Assembly (NCBI RefSeq): GCF_006345805.1 | Contig: NC_043001.1 | Coordinates: 112,592,001-112,656,000 of the forward strand | DNA: 64,000 nucleotides | From: Octopus sinensis | Lineage: Eukaryota | Direction: 5' to 3' | Program-made: the position numbers and the translations under genes | Shown: positions 37,699 to 50,172 of the stretch, piece after piece | Numbering within the stretch: the stretch's first letter is position 1 | Layout: each line of letters begins with the position of its first letter | Notes under the pieces: model-generated | Seen by the model: the letters and a program-made list of their open reading frames with translations, nothing else | What the model was told of the DNA's origin: nothing | The model's database searches: none

Positions 37699-38282
37699 GA
37701 GTGAGAAAGCAGTGCATGCCATCACAGTGATACTGAGGTAAAATATACGATGCCCAGTATATCCATCATGACTACCCGTCTGATAAGGGTACACCAGGAC
37801 CATGCATCACAACCATATGTGCGCGACATGATGATTTCATATCAAAATAAACAGTGCATGACTTTGCACGTTAGGCCCGGTTAGAATTTTCTTCTGCTCG
37901 AGTAAGCCATTCCGCTCAAAAGGTCCCTGAATAAGGGTTGTTTAAGGATGTTGAACGAAACACCCATGTTTCCAGAGGTGAATTATTCAAACCCCTAAGA
38001 ATTCCTCTCAACACAAGACTATGATGCTCCCCACTACTTTTACTCGTGATCAGAGTTGCACATATCTTCAGCCACTAAGGGACATACTCAACTGGTTATG
38101 GTCAAACAACTGACAAGCAAATCTGTGTATGAGCAGAATATTTGCTGTAGCCCATCTTTTAAACCAAGACAAAACAATGTACATGATAACACTTGCAATC
38201 AGTTAAGATCAGAAGCCATGAGAGCCACTGCTTGGTACTGTGCATCATTATTATATTATTATTAATCCATTATTATTATTAA

Positions 38283-38325
<43 letters not shown>

Positions 38326-38326
38326 T

Positions 38327-38359
<33 letters not shown>

Positions 38360-39039
38360 TCGGGCCATTAACCCTTGAGAAGAATTAGTCAATATTTTTT
38401 CATTTGCTGGAATTAGTATTTTCCATGTCATTACGCCATTCGATGTACTAAGATGGCACTTAGGCGTAAGACGTGTGTAAAGTTTTATATGTGCTCTTGC
38501 ATGTATGTGTGTGTGTATGCACGTGTGTGTGTGTGTATGCACGTGTGTGTATATGCGTTTACGTGTATGTTTCTTCCTCTGTGTGTGTGTGTGTATGTGT
38601 GTGTCTGTGTTTGTTTGTGCGTATATGTGCTTGTGTGTGAATATGTAGGCATGTTATTCTTTGATTATCTTGCTTAAGTGAATGTTTAGAAGAGAACTGC
38701 TGGTGCATTTGGCTTTCTGTGTGAAGGTTTGTATGCGTGTATACAATTAAATTATGTGTATATATATATGTGTGTGTGTGTCTATGTGAGTGTATGTGCA
38801 CGCGCGTGCTTTAGTGTATGCGTGTGTATGATTTTGTGTGCACATAAATTCTAGTGTTCAAGTATATGTGGTTTAGTGCGTATGTAGTGTAGTTTAGGGT
38901 GTACACTTTAGCGTTGGTGCTTATGTAGTTTTGTGAATCTGTAAATTTGCACACACAGAATACAGTGTACATGGATGTGGCATGGTTTAGTACGAGTACA
39001 CTAGTGAATGCATAAATATTAAATATATATATATATATA

Positions 39040-39447
39040 CACTCTTTTGCTTGTTTCAGTCATTTGACTGCGGCCATGTTGGAGCACCACCGGTTAGTCA
39101 AGCAAATCGAGCCCGGGACTTATTCTTTGTTAGCCTAGTACTTATTCTATCGGTCTCTTTTGTCAGATCGCTACGTTACGGGGACTTAAACACACCATCA
39201 TCGGTTGACAAGCGATCTTGGGGAGTAAAAAAACGATACACAAAGACACACACACACACACACCACAGACATATATATGTATATGACGGGCTTCTTTCAG
39301 TTTCCGTCTACCAAATCCACTCACAAGGCTTTGGTCGGCCCAAGGCTAGAGTTAAAAGACATTTGCCCAAGGTGTCACTCAGTGGGACTGAATCCGGAAC
39401 CATGTGCTTGGTAAGCAAGCTACTTACCACACAGCCACTCCTGCGCC
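39040..39447 (-). mobile_element. SINE-B
   Basis: Family match. Confidence 0.88.
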
Positions 39448-39834
39448 TATATATATATATATATATATATATATTACTCTGTGTGTGTGTGTGTGTCTTT
39501 GTGTCTTTGTGTGTGCGATCATATGCACTGGTAATAGTGTGTGTAAGTATGCATATCTGTTCTGGATTGGGTGTTTGTCAGATGGTGCATGAAAGTGTTA
39601 AATATTTCGGTAAAAGGAAATATCTGGGGAAACTGAAAACCAGATGGCGTCACCAGACAATGACCTATCACGACATTTTCATGCGCTGCATATTTGACTG
39701 GATTGAGAGGTCAGTTTCATTGTCCGACCAAGCAATCAGTAAAAAAACTCGCAAGAGACCAAGCAATTTGATTGGATGGGTGAACTGGTAGACGGTTGAA
39801 AGTAGTTTCGCGAATTATTGTTGTAATAATAACA

Positions 39835-39878
<44 letters not shown>

Positions 39879-39901
39879 TATTATTATTATTATTATTATT
39901 A

Positions 39902-39933
<32 letters not shown>

Positions 39934-40605
39934 GATTTGTTATTTTTCAATTGGTTTGGCCTTTTATGTATGAAGTACTTTGTATGTTTGAGTTTATTGT
40001 TGTTGTTGTTGTTGTTGTTGTACACTTGTTTGTTGGCTTTGTCATCAGCTTACGCAATATTTTCTTGATGGACTATCCCAAATGACTGAATCTAACTCAG
40101 CTGCCCCCCCCCAATCACACACTCACACACACACACATATACATTCACACATGCACGCGCATATGCATTTCCCACCCTACCACACATACAGCAATGCTCT
40201 CATTCTTATTAATTAGCCTATAACAGTGTGAGAGATTGATTAGTCAACTGAATGGTAAATTTAACTTGTTCACAACTATCAAATAGAACACTAGTATTCA
40301 GAGAGGGGGAGGTGGAGGGGGAGTAGAGGGGGAAGCACTTTTGTAAAAAGAATTTGCTAAAACCGATAAATCAAAGAAATTAAAGAAAATAAAAAGATAA
40401 AACGAAAACTAAAAAAACGCAAAGAAATTGTGAAAAACGGACAGAAGTTATTTGTACCTTTGTATGCTACGCATATGTCTCTTCTTTTCCAGTGTATAAC
40501 GTGTATACTTTTTTTTTATCATTTCATTGTTATATGTAAGACACCACACTTTATGTTTATCTCTGTATTGTCTCCCTCATCCGTCACTCTTCTGGCAAAT
40601 AAATG

Positions 40606-40636
<31 letters not shown>

Positions 40637-40643
40637 TATTATA

Positions 40644-40679
<36 letters not shown>

Positions 40680-40714
40680 GTTATTATTATTATTACTATT
40701 ATTATCATTATTAA

Positions 40715-41475
40715 GGCGGTGAGCTGGTAGAATCATTGGCACGCAGGGCGAAATGGTTAACGGTATTTCGTCTGCCGTTACGTTCTGAGTTCAAATTCCG
40801 CCGAGGTCGGTTCTTCCTTTCATCCTTTCGGGGTCGATTAAATGAGTACCAGTTACGCACTGGGGTCGATATAATCGACTTAATCTGTTTGTCTGTTCTT
40901 GTTTGTTCTCTCTGTGTTTAGCCCCTTGTGGGTAGTAAAGAAATAGGTATTTCGTCTGCCGCTACGTTCTGAGTTCAAAATTCCGCCGAGGTCGACTTTG
41001 CCTTTCATCCTTTCGGGGTCAATTAAATGAGTACCAGTTACGCACTGGGGTCGATATAATCGACTTAATCCGTTTGTCTGTCCTTGTTTGTCCCCTCTGA
41101 GTGTAGCCCCTTGTGGGTAGTAAAGAAATAGGTATTTCGTCTGCCGCTACGTTCTGAGTTCAAATTCCACCGAGGTCGACTTTGCCTTTCATCCTTTCGG
41201 GGTCAATTAAATGAGTACCACTGGGGTCGATATAATCGACTTAATCCGTTTGTCTGTCCTTGTTTGTCCTCTCTGTGATTAGCCCCTTGAGGGTAGTAAA
41301 GAAATAGGTATTTCGTCTGTCTTCATGTTCTGTGTTCAAATTCCGCCGAGATCGACTTTGCCTTTCATCCTTTCGGGATCGATAAAATTAAGTATCACTG
41401 AAACACTGGGGTCAATGTAATCGACTAGTCCCTTCCCTTAAATTTCAGGCCTTGTGCCTATAGTGGAAAGGATTA

Positions 41476-41525
<50 letters not shown>
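40715..41525 (+). mobile_element. SINE-A tandem array: head, three A1 units, one A2 unit and an (ATT)n tail
   Basis: Units start with GGTATTTCG at 40762, 40946, 41131 and 41307. Confidence 0.92.
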
Positions 41526-41526
<1 letters not shown>

Positions 41527-42499
41527 TAATGGTCTTATCGTAATTATTATGCAATTATGAAATCAGTTATGGTTCTTGTTGTTTTTGCTGCTGTTGTGTT
41601 TAGCACCAGGTCATCTCCAACCATCAAACCTTACGGCTAACCATCTTCGACCTTAGTCTTTGACCGAACACATCTATTTTCACACATCAGATATGTCTGT
41701 CCTTCTAGATATTATCTACTGTGTCTCCGGGATGGTGTAATTTATAAATAGTATGTGGTGCCATGTTACACAGTCTAAACATACAGCACAACTTTATCCA
41801 CTGTCCACTTTTAGTTCTTTCTCTTCACTGAAATTATCAGAGAGGCGAATCAGCAGAATTTTCATAAAACGTTCGAAAAATAGGGGTAAAAAGTAGAATA
41901 CCAGTGAAGCATTCAGATCTATTTAATCGTCAAACGTCTACATCTCTTACAATTAAATTGTTGGGGTTGTCATGCCCTAAATTACATAGAAACAATTATT
42001 TTCTTGTACTGTTGATCGTCGTTGCTAACAAATCTGTTTCTATTGTTATTGTTCTGTAACTGTTGTCGCTGAAAATTCAATTCAATACATTTAAGCATTC
42101 ATTGATTTTCTTGGCAAGCCATAAAGAAAGCACATTATCTTTTATGTTCTCTTTAATAAGGATGTTATTATCATTGTTAGGATTATAGAAGTTAATCCTA
42201 ACCTAAAATCTAAAATATTAGCCCTACCTCTTACTTCTGCTCTTAGAATAGGCTTAAACCGAACACCAGGCAGGGTTGTCAGATATGATTCTATAAATAA
42301 GAGAGAGAGAGTGCATACCACATTTCATTGCTTCTTTCTTTGTTTTGTTCTTTGTTTTGTTCTTTGTTATTACAGTTATTCTTATTTAGGCTATTTTCTA
42401 TTTTACTATGATAATTTCTCAAGGTAAGAAATACTGTTTGAACCACCAGTCATTCCTGATACACGCGCTCACATTTATGTATGCATACTCTCTCTCTCT

Positions 42500-42928
42500 C
42501 TCTCTCTTTTTTACTCTTTTACTTGTTTCAGTCATTTGACTGCGGCCATGCTGGAGCACCGCCTTTAGTCGGGACTTATTCTTTGTAAGCCCAGTACTTA
42601 TTCTATCGGTCTCTTTTTGCCGAACCGCTAAGTGACGGGGACGTAAACTTACCAGCATCTGTTGTCAAGCAATTCTAGGGGGGCCAAACACAGACACACA
42701 AACACACAGACACACAAACACACACACACACACACACATACACACACATATATATATACATATATACGACAGGCTTCTTTCAGTTTCTGTCTACCAAATC
42801 CACTCACAAGGCATTGGTCGGCCCGGGGCTATAGCAGAAGACACTTGCCCAAGATGCCACGCAGTGAGACTGAACCCGCAACCATGTGGTTGGTTAGCAA
42901 GCTACTTACCACACAGCCACTCCTGCGC
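42500..42928 (-). mobile_element. SINE-B
   Basis: Family match. Confidence 0.9.
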
Positions 42929-43648
42929 CTGTATGTATACATACATGTATGTATGTATGTATACATGCGTGTATATAGTAATACTTCGACTATCGCACGT
43001 TTTACGTTCCAAAACCACGCGCGATAGGTGAAAATCTGCGTAGTTGAAACAGTACTATATTGTATATTTTTTTTAATTATTTCTATATATACATTTTTAT
43101 CTCGAAAAATAAAAGTGAAATGGCCGAAAGTTGTATGTTTGCGTGTCTCATTTAGTGGTTATGCAGGGTTCAATGGCAGTAGGCGTGCTCGGGTTGCGGC
43201 GAAAATTTACAGGGACATGTAATATGAGGCAAGGAAGCGGTTGGACTAGGTCAGAAATCTCTATCTCAAAAGCTGTGGTTACTAAGGTAACAAAACCCAG
43301 ACTTTCAAATGTGTTCATTGTTTCTCTGTTTTGGATATCACTCTGTCTTCCTCGATCTCTCTCTTTCCTCCCTTCCCTCCAATCTCTCTGTATAACGACG
43401 TTTGGAAGCTTCCACTCTCTTTCCCTCTCCGCCTTCACCGTCTCTCCGTCACTCTTTTTCCCACCGCCCCCCTCTCTCTGTACGCCTGTCTGTATCTATA
43501 GAGAGAAAACGTTGACAGCCGCAAAAATTTAAATATTCCCGCCACATGTCTTTTAGAACGGTGAATTATTATCGCCCACCACCACCGCACAATCATGATA
43601 ACATATTAATCAGATAGTTATTGTGTTAATTTATACACACACACACAC

Positions 43649-43679
<31 letters not shown>

Positions 43680-43685
<6 letters not shown>

Positions 43686-43784
43686 GAAAGAATGGAGTCG
43701 AACGACGATTTAACAAAATTCCTTTATAGAAAAAAGAATAAAGAATTTTGTTAAATCGTCGTTCGACTCCATTCTTTCATTTAT
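43680..43784. repeat. 42-bp perfect inverted repeat with a 21-bp spacer
   Basis: ATAAATGAAAGAATGGAGTCGAACGACGATTTAACAAAATTC (43680-43721) and its reverse complement (43743-43784). Confidence 0.95.
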
Positions 43785-43950
43785 TTATTGTAAAAAAAAA
43801 CAACAAATTTCCACGCGAAAGCACGTGATTTCTGCCCTTGGCATGTAGCTTCTACCGTGCTTTCTGACGTAAATTTTCTACCCGGGTATCGGTTAACCGA
43901 ATTATCCATACTAGGATAATCGTTTCAATTACTTATATATATATATATAT

Positions 43951-43991
<41 letters not shown>

Positions 43992-44605
43992 GAGTAATAC
44001 ATATATATGTGTATATATATAATGTGTTATACATATGTATATATAAATGCGTACATACACACACACACATAATATTATATATATATATATACATATGATG
44101 CGTATTTATGGACATAATATATTTAATGCGTATGTATAGTATAATGTATATATATATATATATATTATATATATATATATATATATCATAATGTGTACAT
44201 ATAATGTGTGTATAGGTGGTCGGATTGAGTTGAAAATATGCACACCTATGTTAAAAGTGCTGGCAAATTTGCATGGCAACTTTGAGTTTGCTCAATTGAA
44301 AGGTGTAGCCTTTAGGGCAAAATTCCTCATCTTTTAAAATGTGGCCCGAATAGACCCTAATGAAATCGGGTTATAATAACCAAACAAGTAAAACGATGAA
44401 AAACTATGCCATTTCAATTCCGTGCATCTCGAATGAAATCGGGTTATAATACCGAAACAAGTAAAACAATGATAAACTATTTTAATCCCGAGCAAGGCCG
44501 AGTATCTCTGCTATTCAAATATATATTTGTGAAAAGGGTGGACGTTGTCTCACATGCTGTTGTGCATGCAAAATTGTTAGTAAATGTGTCGGATTACACA
44601 CCTAT

Positions 44606-45110
44606 TCAACAGCCAACTACCACCCGGATTTCCACCTTATGACTTTAAACTGAAGGCTGGTGTTCCGGTTATGCTACTGAGAAATGTGGAACCCCCGAAC
44701 TATTCAACGGTACATGACTGATGATCAAAAAATTGGGACCTTAATTCTGAAGGCAACCATTATTTACATTTGTGAAGAAAAAAAATATCCTTCCCCCATC
44801 CCTAACCTTAATCCTAACCCTAACCCTAACCCTGCTGGCGTGACAAAGTTATTAACTCCCATGAGCTTTAGTCCCTCTGCCGTGCCATTTGAAATTACGC
44901 GATGGCAGTTTCCCTTAAAAGTATGGTTTGCAATGAGCATCAACAAGGCATAAGGACAGTCGTTACAAGTAGTTGGCCTAAATCTGACACAGCAGGTATT
45001 TACCCACGGTTAACTATACGGGGTGCTCCCGTGTCAACAGTCCACACAATCTCTTCATTTGTGGTAATCCGGGCAACACCAGGAACGTTGCCTACGAAGA
45101 AGCCCTGTAA
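44606..45110 (+). pseudogene. Helitron RepHel PIF1-like helicase C-terminal remnant
   Basis: PPGFPPYDFKLKAGVPVMLLRNVEPP..FNGT, PFEITRWQFPLKVWFAMSINKA*GQSLQVVGLNL, VFTHG*LY..CSRV..GNTRNVAYEEAL*; interrupted by a ~70-bp CCCTAA-bearing MITE fragment at about 44762-44832. Confidence 0.92.
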
Positions 45111-45227
45111 TAACACTTTTGAACCTACCGCCATTACTCCCCCGTCGCTGGAGTCATTGTAACTTTCCCAAATCTTTAGCCCAGCCTACATCCACCTTCT
45201 TTACGTGGCTGGCCACCTCTGCAACCT

Positions 45228-45457
45228 ATTTCTTTACTACCCACAAGGGGCTAAACACAGAGGGGACAAACAAGGACAGACATAGGTATTAAGTCGATTA
45301 CATCGACCCCAGTGCGTAACTGGTACTTAATTAATCGACCCCGAAAGGATGAAAGGAAAAGTCGACCTCGGCGGAATTTGAACTCAGAACGTAACGGCAG
45401 AGGAAATACGGTTACGCAATTCGTCCGACGTGCTAACGTTTCTGCCAGCTCGCCGCC
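45228..45457 (-). mobile_element. SINE-A1
   Basis: Near-consensus match; CCACCTCTGCAACCT on both flanks. Confidence 0.9.
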
Positions 45458-45794
45458 TTAAACCCGACCACCTCTGCAACCTGACCACCTCTACTAGTCA
45501 AACTTCCAGCCCATGGGTTCACCTCGTGACAATGATTGGGCAAAATTAGGTTAGGTTGTGACTACATATTGTATCCAAAACATTGTAAGTGCAGTCGTAT
45601 TATACTATTTCAATTTTATGCAGAGACCTGATTGGTGTTTTTTTTTCCAGCATTTTCCTGTCATTCTTCGCCCTTCACATCTGCATCCGCGAGGTTTCTT
45701 CAATCGCTTCTCAAAGACTGGTTAAACATTTGGCATGCTTTTCTTCATTACCAATTTTTAATAAAATTTTCGTTTTTTTTGGGGGGGTGGGGGC

Positions 45795-45925
45795 GGATTC
45801 CTCAACTTTAAAATGTAGCCCGAGTAAAACCGAATGAAATCGAATTATAATACCGAAACAAGTAAAACAATAAAAAACAAATCTATGCTATTTTAACCCT
45901 GGGCAAGGTCGGGTTTCTCTGCTAG
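45795..45925 (+). mobile_element. Helitron 3' end (subterminal hairpin and CTAG|T); a related end lies at 44323-44515
   Basis: CCCTGGGCAAGGTCGGGTTTCTCTGCTAG followed by T. Confidence 0.75.
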
Positions 45926-46147
45926 TTTTATTATAAATAATAAACCGCGATAGGTGAAACGCGATATGGCGAGGGATTACCGTATATTATTATTTGACAA
46001 ATATAGTTTTGACAGTGACTTCGAAGTTCCAGCCAGCTAAGCTATCATCCGACTGGCTGTTGGTGTCTTATTATTCTTGTTAAGGAATAATAAAAGTGTA
46101 TTTACAACAGTACGGATTAATCAACCAGGTTAATGTAGACAGAAGGA

Positions 46148-46156
46148 AGCCCGTTG

Positions 46157-46244
<88 letters not shown>

Positions 46245-46450
46245 TTTGCGTCTGTTCCCCATCACCGCTTCATAACCGGCGTTGGTGTGTCCCCTTAACT
46301 TAGCGGTTCGGCAAAAGAAACCGATAGAATAGGTGTACTAGGCTTACAAAAAATAAGTCCTGGGGTCGATTTATTTGGCTAGAACCCTTCGAGGCGGTGC
46401 TCCAGCATGGCCGCAGTCGAATGACTGAAACAAGTAAAAGAATAAAAGAA
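46148..46450 (+). mobile_element. SINE-B, 5'-truncated
   Basis: Family match. Confidence 0.85.
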
Positions 46451-46606
46451 TAAACGAATATATTATTAAATTCGTGTTGATTAGGACTTAAAATACGATG
46501 GACGGCTAATTCATCCCGAGAATTACTCTTCGCTTTAAGTGTTTATATGAAGAAGAAAAAAAAGAATGGAAATCCTCAGTAACCAATATCCTAAACAGTA
46601 AATGCT

Positions 46607-47036
46607 ACTCTTTACTCTCTTTACTCTTTTACTCTTTTACTTGTTTCAGTCATTTGACTGCGGCCATGCTGGAGCACCGCCTTTAGTCGAGCAAATCGAC
46701 CCCGGGACTTATTCTTTGTAAGCCCAGTATTTATTCTATCGGTCTCTTTTTGCCGAACCGCTAAGTGACGGGGACGTAAACACACCAGCATCGGTTGTCA
46801 AGCAATGCTAGGGGGACAAACACAGACACACAAACACACACATACACACATATATATATATATAAATATATACGACGGGCTTCTTTCAGTTTCCGTCTAG
46901 CAAATCCACTCACAAGGCATTGGTCGGCCCGAGGCTATAGTAGAAGACACTTGCCCAATGTGCCATGCAGTGGGACTGAACCCGGAACCATGTGCTTGGT
47001 AAGCAAGCTACTTCCCACACAGCCACTCCTGCGCCT
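46607..47036 (-). mobile_element. SINE-B
   Basis: Near-consensus family match. Confidence 0.9.
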
Positions 47037-47272
47037 GTTCCGTAACAATTCTTAAACTTGATCATAGATACACACACAAACACGTTTATTTGGGATTACT
47101 TGTTTAAAACGATCTGCTACATTTTTGAAAAATATCTCTCCACCCATTTATGAAATTGAACTCTTGTCCTTAACTATAAGCACGATTCAATAAACTGGTT
47201 TGCATGCGATTCACGCTTGCCCAACTGCGATTCCGGTCTCGTTCGCAGCCACACTACTTAATTCTGTTAGAG

Positions 47273-47728
47273 GGATCTTTTCGGTTTGAACGGCAGTTTT
47301 TTCTAGCGGTGTCATATGAAATTGTCACCCATAATTATAACCCTAGAATCGATCAATTGCATTTCAATCTCTTTTGGGGTTAGGGTTAGTTAGGATTAGG
47401 TTTAGGGTTAGGGTTAGGATTAGGGTTAGGGATGGGGGAAGGATATCTTTTTTCTTCACAAATGTAAATAAACCCAATCTGTTTCTTAAACGAGGGACAT
47501 ATTCATACGGCACAGAATGCTTTTTAACTCAATAGACGTCACTGATTGGTTGAAATTGCAGAAATTGAAGAAAAAAAAACAACAAATATCTAACAAACTA
47601 TAGAATTTTCTCAATAAAACCAAGAGAAAAAGATGTTTTATAAACACATTCTACCAGTATACGAATTTTTAAATTTTTTAGTTACTTAGAAATTATGTTA
47701 AAACCTGCCGTTCAAACCGAAAAGATCC
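47273..47728. mobile_element. MITE with GGATCTTTTCGGTTTGAACGGCAG TIRs and 8-bp TSD (Merlin- or hAT-like) carrying internal (TTAGGG)n
   Basis: Perfect TSD TGTTAGAG at 47265-47272 and 47729-47736; ~24-bp TIRs. Confidence 0.9.
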
Positions 47729-48264
47729 TGTTAGAGTACTGATATTCGGATTAATGTTAGGATTAGGATTAAGGAGATATTCTGCTGGATTCGCTAAGAT
47801 AATCAATAGACGATATTTCAGATCGATTGTGCTGTACTATTTGTGACTTCGAATTCCCTGTTTTGAATTTGGGTTTAATTTTTTTATTAAAGCTCAGTTG
47901 ACACAAAGACTATTTCAGCAAGTCTATCATCTCCACCACCACCACCACTACCAGAAACTCGCATTGGATCGTGAACATACATAAGATTGAGAATGGGTAT
48001 ATATTTGCTTGTATGTGTATATTTATTTGTATGAGTATATTCGTGTGTACATAAACATATATATGTAAGTGTATGAATATTTGGGTAGTTGAATGAATTA
48101 TCTTGTTATGGATAATTCGGTTAACCGATACCTGGGTAGCAAATTCACATCAGAGGAGACACGTTTGAAGTTACGTGCTTTCGTGTGGAAATTTGTATGT
48201 TTTTTTTTTAAATATAAATATATGAAAGAATGGAGTTGAACGACGAATTAACAAAATTCCTTTA

Positions 48265-48347
48265 TTTTCGACATATGTTTCGAAGGCTGCATATTCCTAA
48301 TTGCGAAGGAATAAGGAGTATATTATGCCGCTTTCTCATCAGGAAAA
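48265..48347 (-). ncRNA. Type-I hammerhead ribozyme with canonical core
   Basis: Minus strand reads TTTTC-CTGATGA-GAAAGC..GCCTTC-GAAA-C(ATAT)G-TC-GAAAA: all conserved core bases, 5-bp stem I (extendable), long stem II, GUC triplet. Confidence 0.82.
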
Positions 48348-48619
48348 GCAAGGAGCTTATGTCAACATCAAGATACACAAAAAACTTTTAGATGACTGCT
48401 CACACGGAGCCCATAGTGAAAATGAGTGTCTCTTTAAAAAATTCCTTTATATGTAAGTGTATGGATATGTTCGTACATGCAATGTACGTGCGGATGTATT
48501 TGTATGTGGTATAGACACGTATGAGCTGAACACGACCCTTTTCCTGGTATCCTGATTGTTAAGATACCTTGATTCAAACGAATCCTTCACTGAATAAAAA
48601 ATACGTGTCAGCGGCGTTG

Positions 48620-48830
48620 GGTGTCTTTGTGTCTGTTTGTCTCCCAGTAGCGCTTGACAATTAGTGTTGGTGTGCTTACGTCGCCGTAACTAAGCGGTTC
48701 GGCAAAAGACATCGATAGAATAAGTACAGGCTTTGAAAGCAAAATACTGGGGTTCGATTCATTCGACTGAAAATCTTTCAAGGCGATGCCCCAGTATGGC
48801 CGCAGTCCAATGACTGAAACAAGTACAAGA
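48620..48830 (+). mobile_element. SINE-B 3' half, diverged
   Basis: Family match. Confidence 0.75.
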
Positions 48831-48884
48831 CAGAAGAACCATTTTATCCAGCGCACCACCTTCTAAAGACTGGTAATAAACCAT

Positions 48885-49090
48885 TTTTTACAAGCAGCAC
48901 AAGACCTGAACATTTGGAGGATGGAGTTAGTCGATTACATCAATCCTGGTGCTCAACTGGTACCTCGAATGGGATGAAAGACAAAGTCGGCTTCGGTAGC
49001 ATTTGAACTCAGAACGTAAAGTACCGGAACAAATTCCGCTAAGTCTTCTTATGTTCGGTGTGTTAATGGCCCCGCCGGTTCGCCGCCTTC
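48885..49090 (-). mobile_element. SINE-A2, diverged
   Basis: Degenerate family match. Confidence 0.7.
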
Positions 49091-49740
49091 ACAAACACTA
49101 CAAACAATGGACTGAAATAGCACAGCTATTAGCTACCGCTTCACTAACAATAACATCATCGCTACCATCACATCAACATTTGTATGAAGATCAAAACTAT
49201 TAAGTTTACGACAACCACCCCCTTCGCCTCCACCATCAACACTTACACCAACAGCACCGACACCATCGTCATCACCACCACTACCACCGCCGCCGCCGCC
49301 GCCACCACTTCAACAAGCCATGCCTCCTCATTCCCCAAAACAAACATGATCACTAGTACCAGCACCTCAACCACAAGAACGCTTGGCATGAACCCCCCCC
49401 CATCCCCAACCCCTGGAACATACTGACCACCATCCTCACGACCACGTCATGAAGTGCACGTCCGTCATTGTCTTCAACAAGGCTTAACATCGGTGTCCCT
49501 ACCATGACAGTCCTTATCGTAGTGTCATCGACCATTGTTGCCAACATAATCATCTCCAAGACAAGAACACCAATATCAACATCAACATGACTCCCTCCAC
49601 CTGTGGTTTTCTCACTTACAAATCGAAACCGACCACCCTCCAACACCAGGCAACAAACAACAGCAAACCAATGTCAGATGCAAACAAACAATTTTTGTTT
49701 ACATCCGACGTCTCGGATACGAAAAGTCGCAACAAAAATC

Positions 49741-50172
49741 GGATCTTTTCGGTTTGAACAGCAGTTTTTTCTAGCGGTGTCATATGAAATTGTCACCGAT
49801 AATTATGACCCTAATATCGATCTATTGCATTTCAATCTGTTTTAGGGTTAGTTAGGGTCAAGGTTAGGGGGGGGGGGAAGGGTATCTTTTTTTCTTCACA
49901 AATGTAAATAGACCCAATCTGTTTCTTAAACGAGGGACATATCCGTACAGCACAGAACGTTTTTTTTTTACCACAATGAACGTCATTGATTGGTTGAAAT
50001 TGCAGAAACTGAAGAAAAAAAATCAACAAATATCTTACAAACTATAGAATTTTCTCAATAAAGCCAAGAGAAAAAGATGTTTTATAAACACGTTCTACCA
50101 GTATACGAAGTTTAAAATTTTTTAGTTACCTAGAAATTATGTTAAAAACTGCCGTTCAAACCGAAAAGATCC
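49741..50172. mobile_element. Second copy of the GGATCTTTTC-TIR MITE
   Basis: High similarity to 47273-47728; flanks CAAAAATC and CAAAAGTC (7/8 match). Confidence 0.88.

Larger units (their letters stand above)
42976..45982. mobile_element. Tigger/pogo-like non-autonomous DNA transposon containing nested insertions
   Basis: Left end TAGTAATACTTCGACTATCGC, right end GCGATATGGCGAGGGATTACCG; TA on both sides; GCGATAGGTGAA subterminal motif at both ends. Confidence 0.6.

Noticed and set aside
39051-39791. Longest ORF in the track (246 aa)
   Set aside because: It is antisense SINE-B plus microsatellite and flanking DNA, with no protein-like composition.
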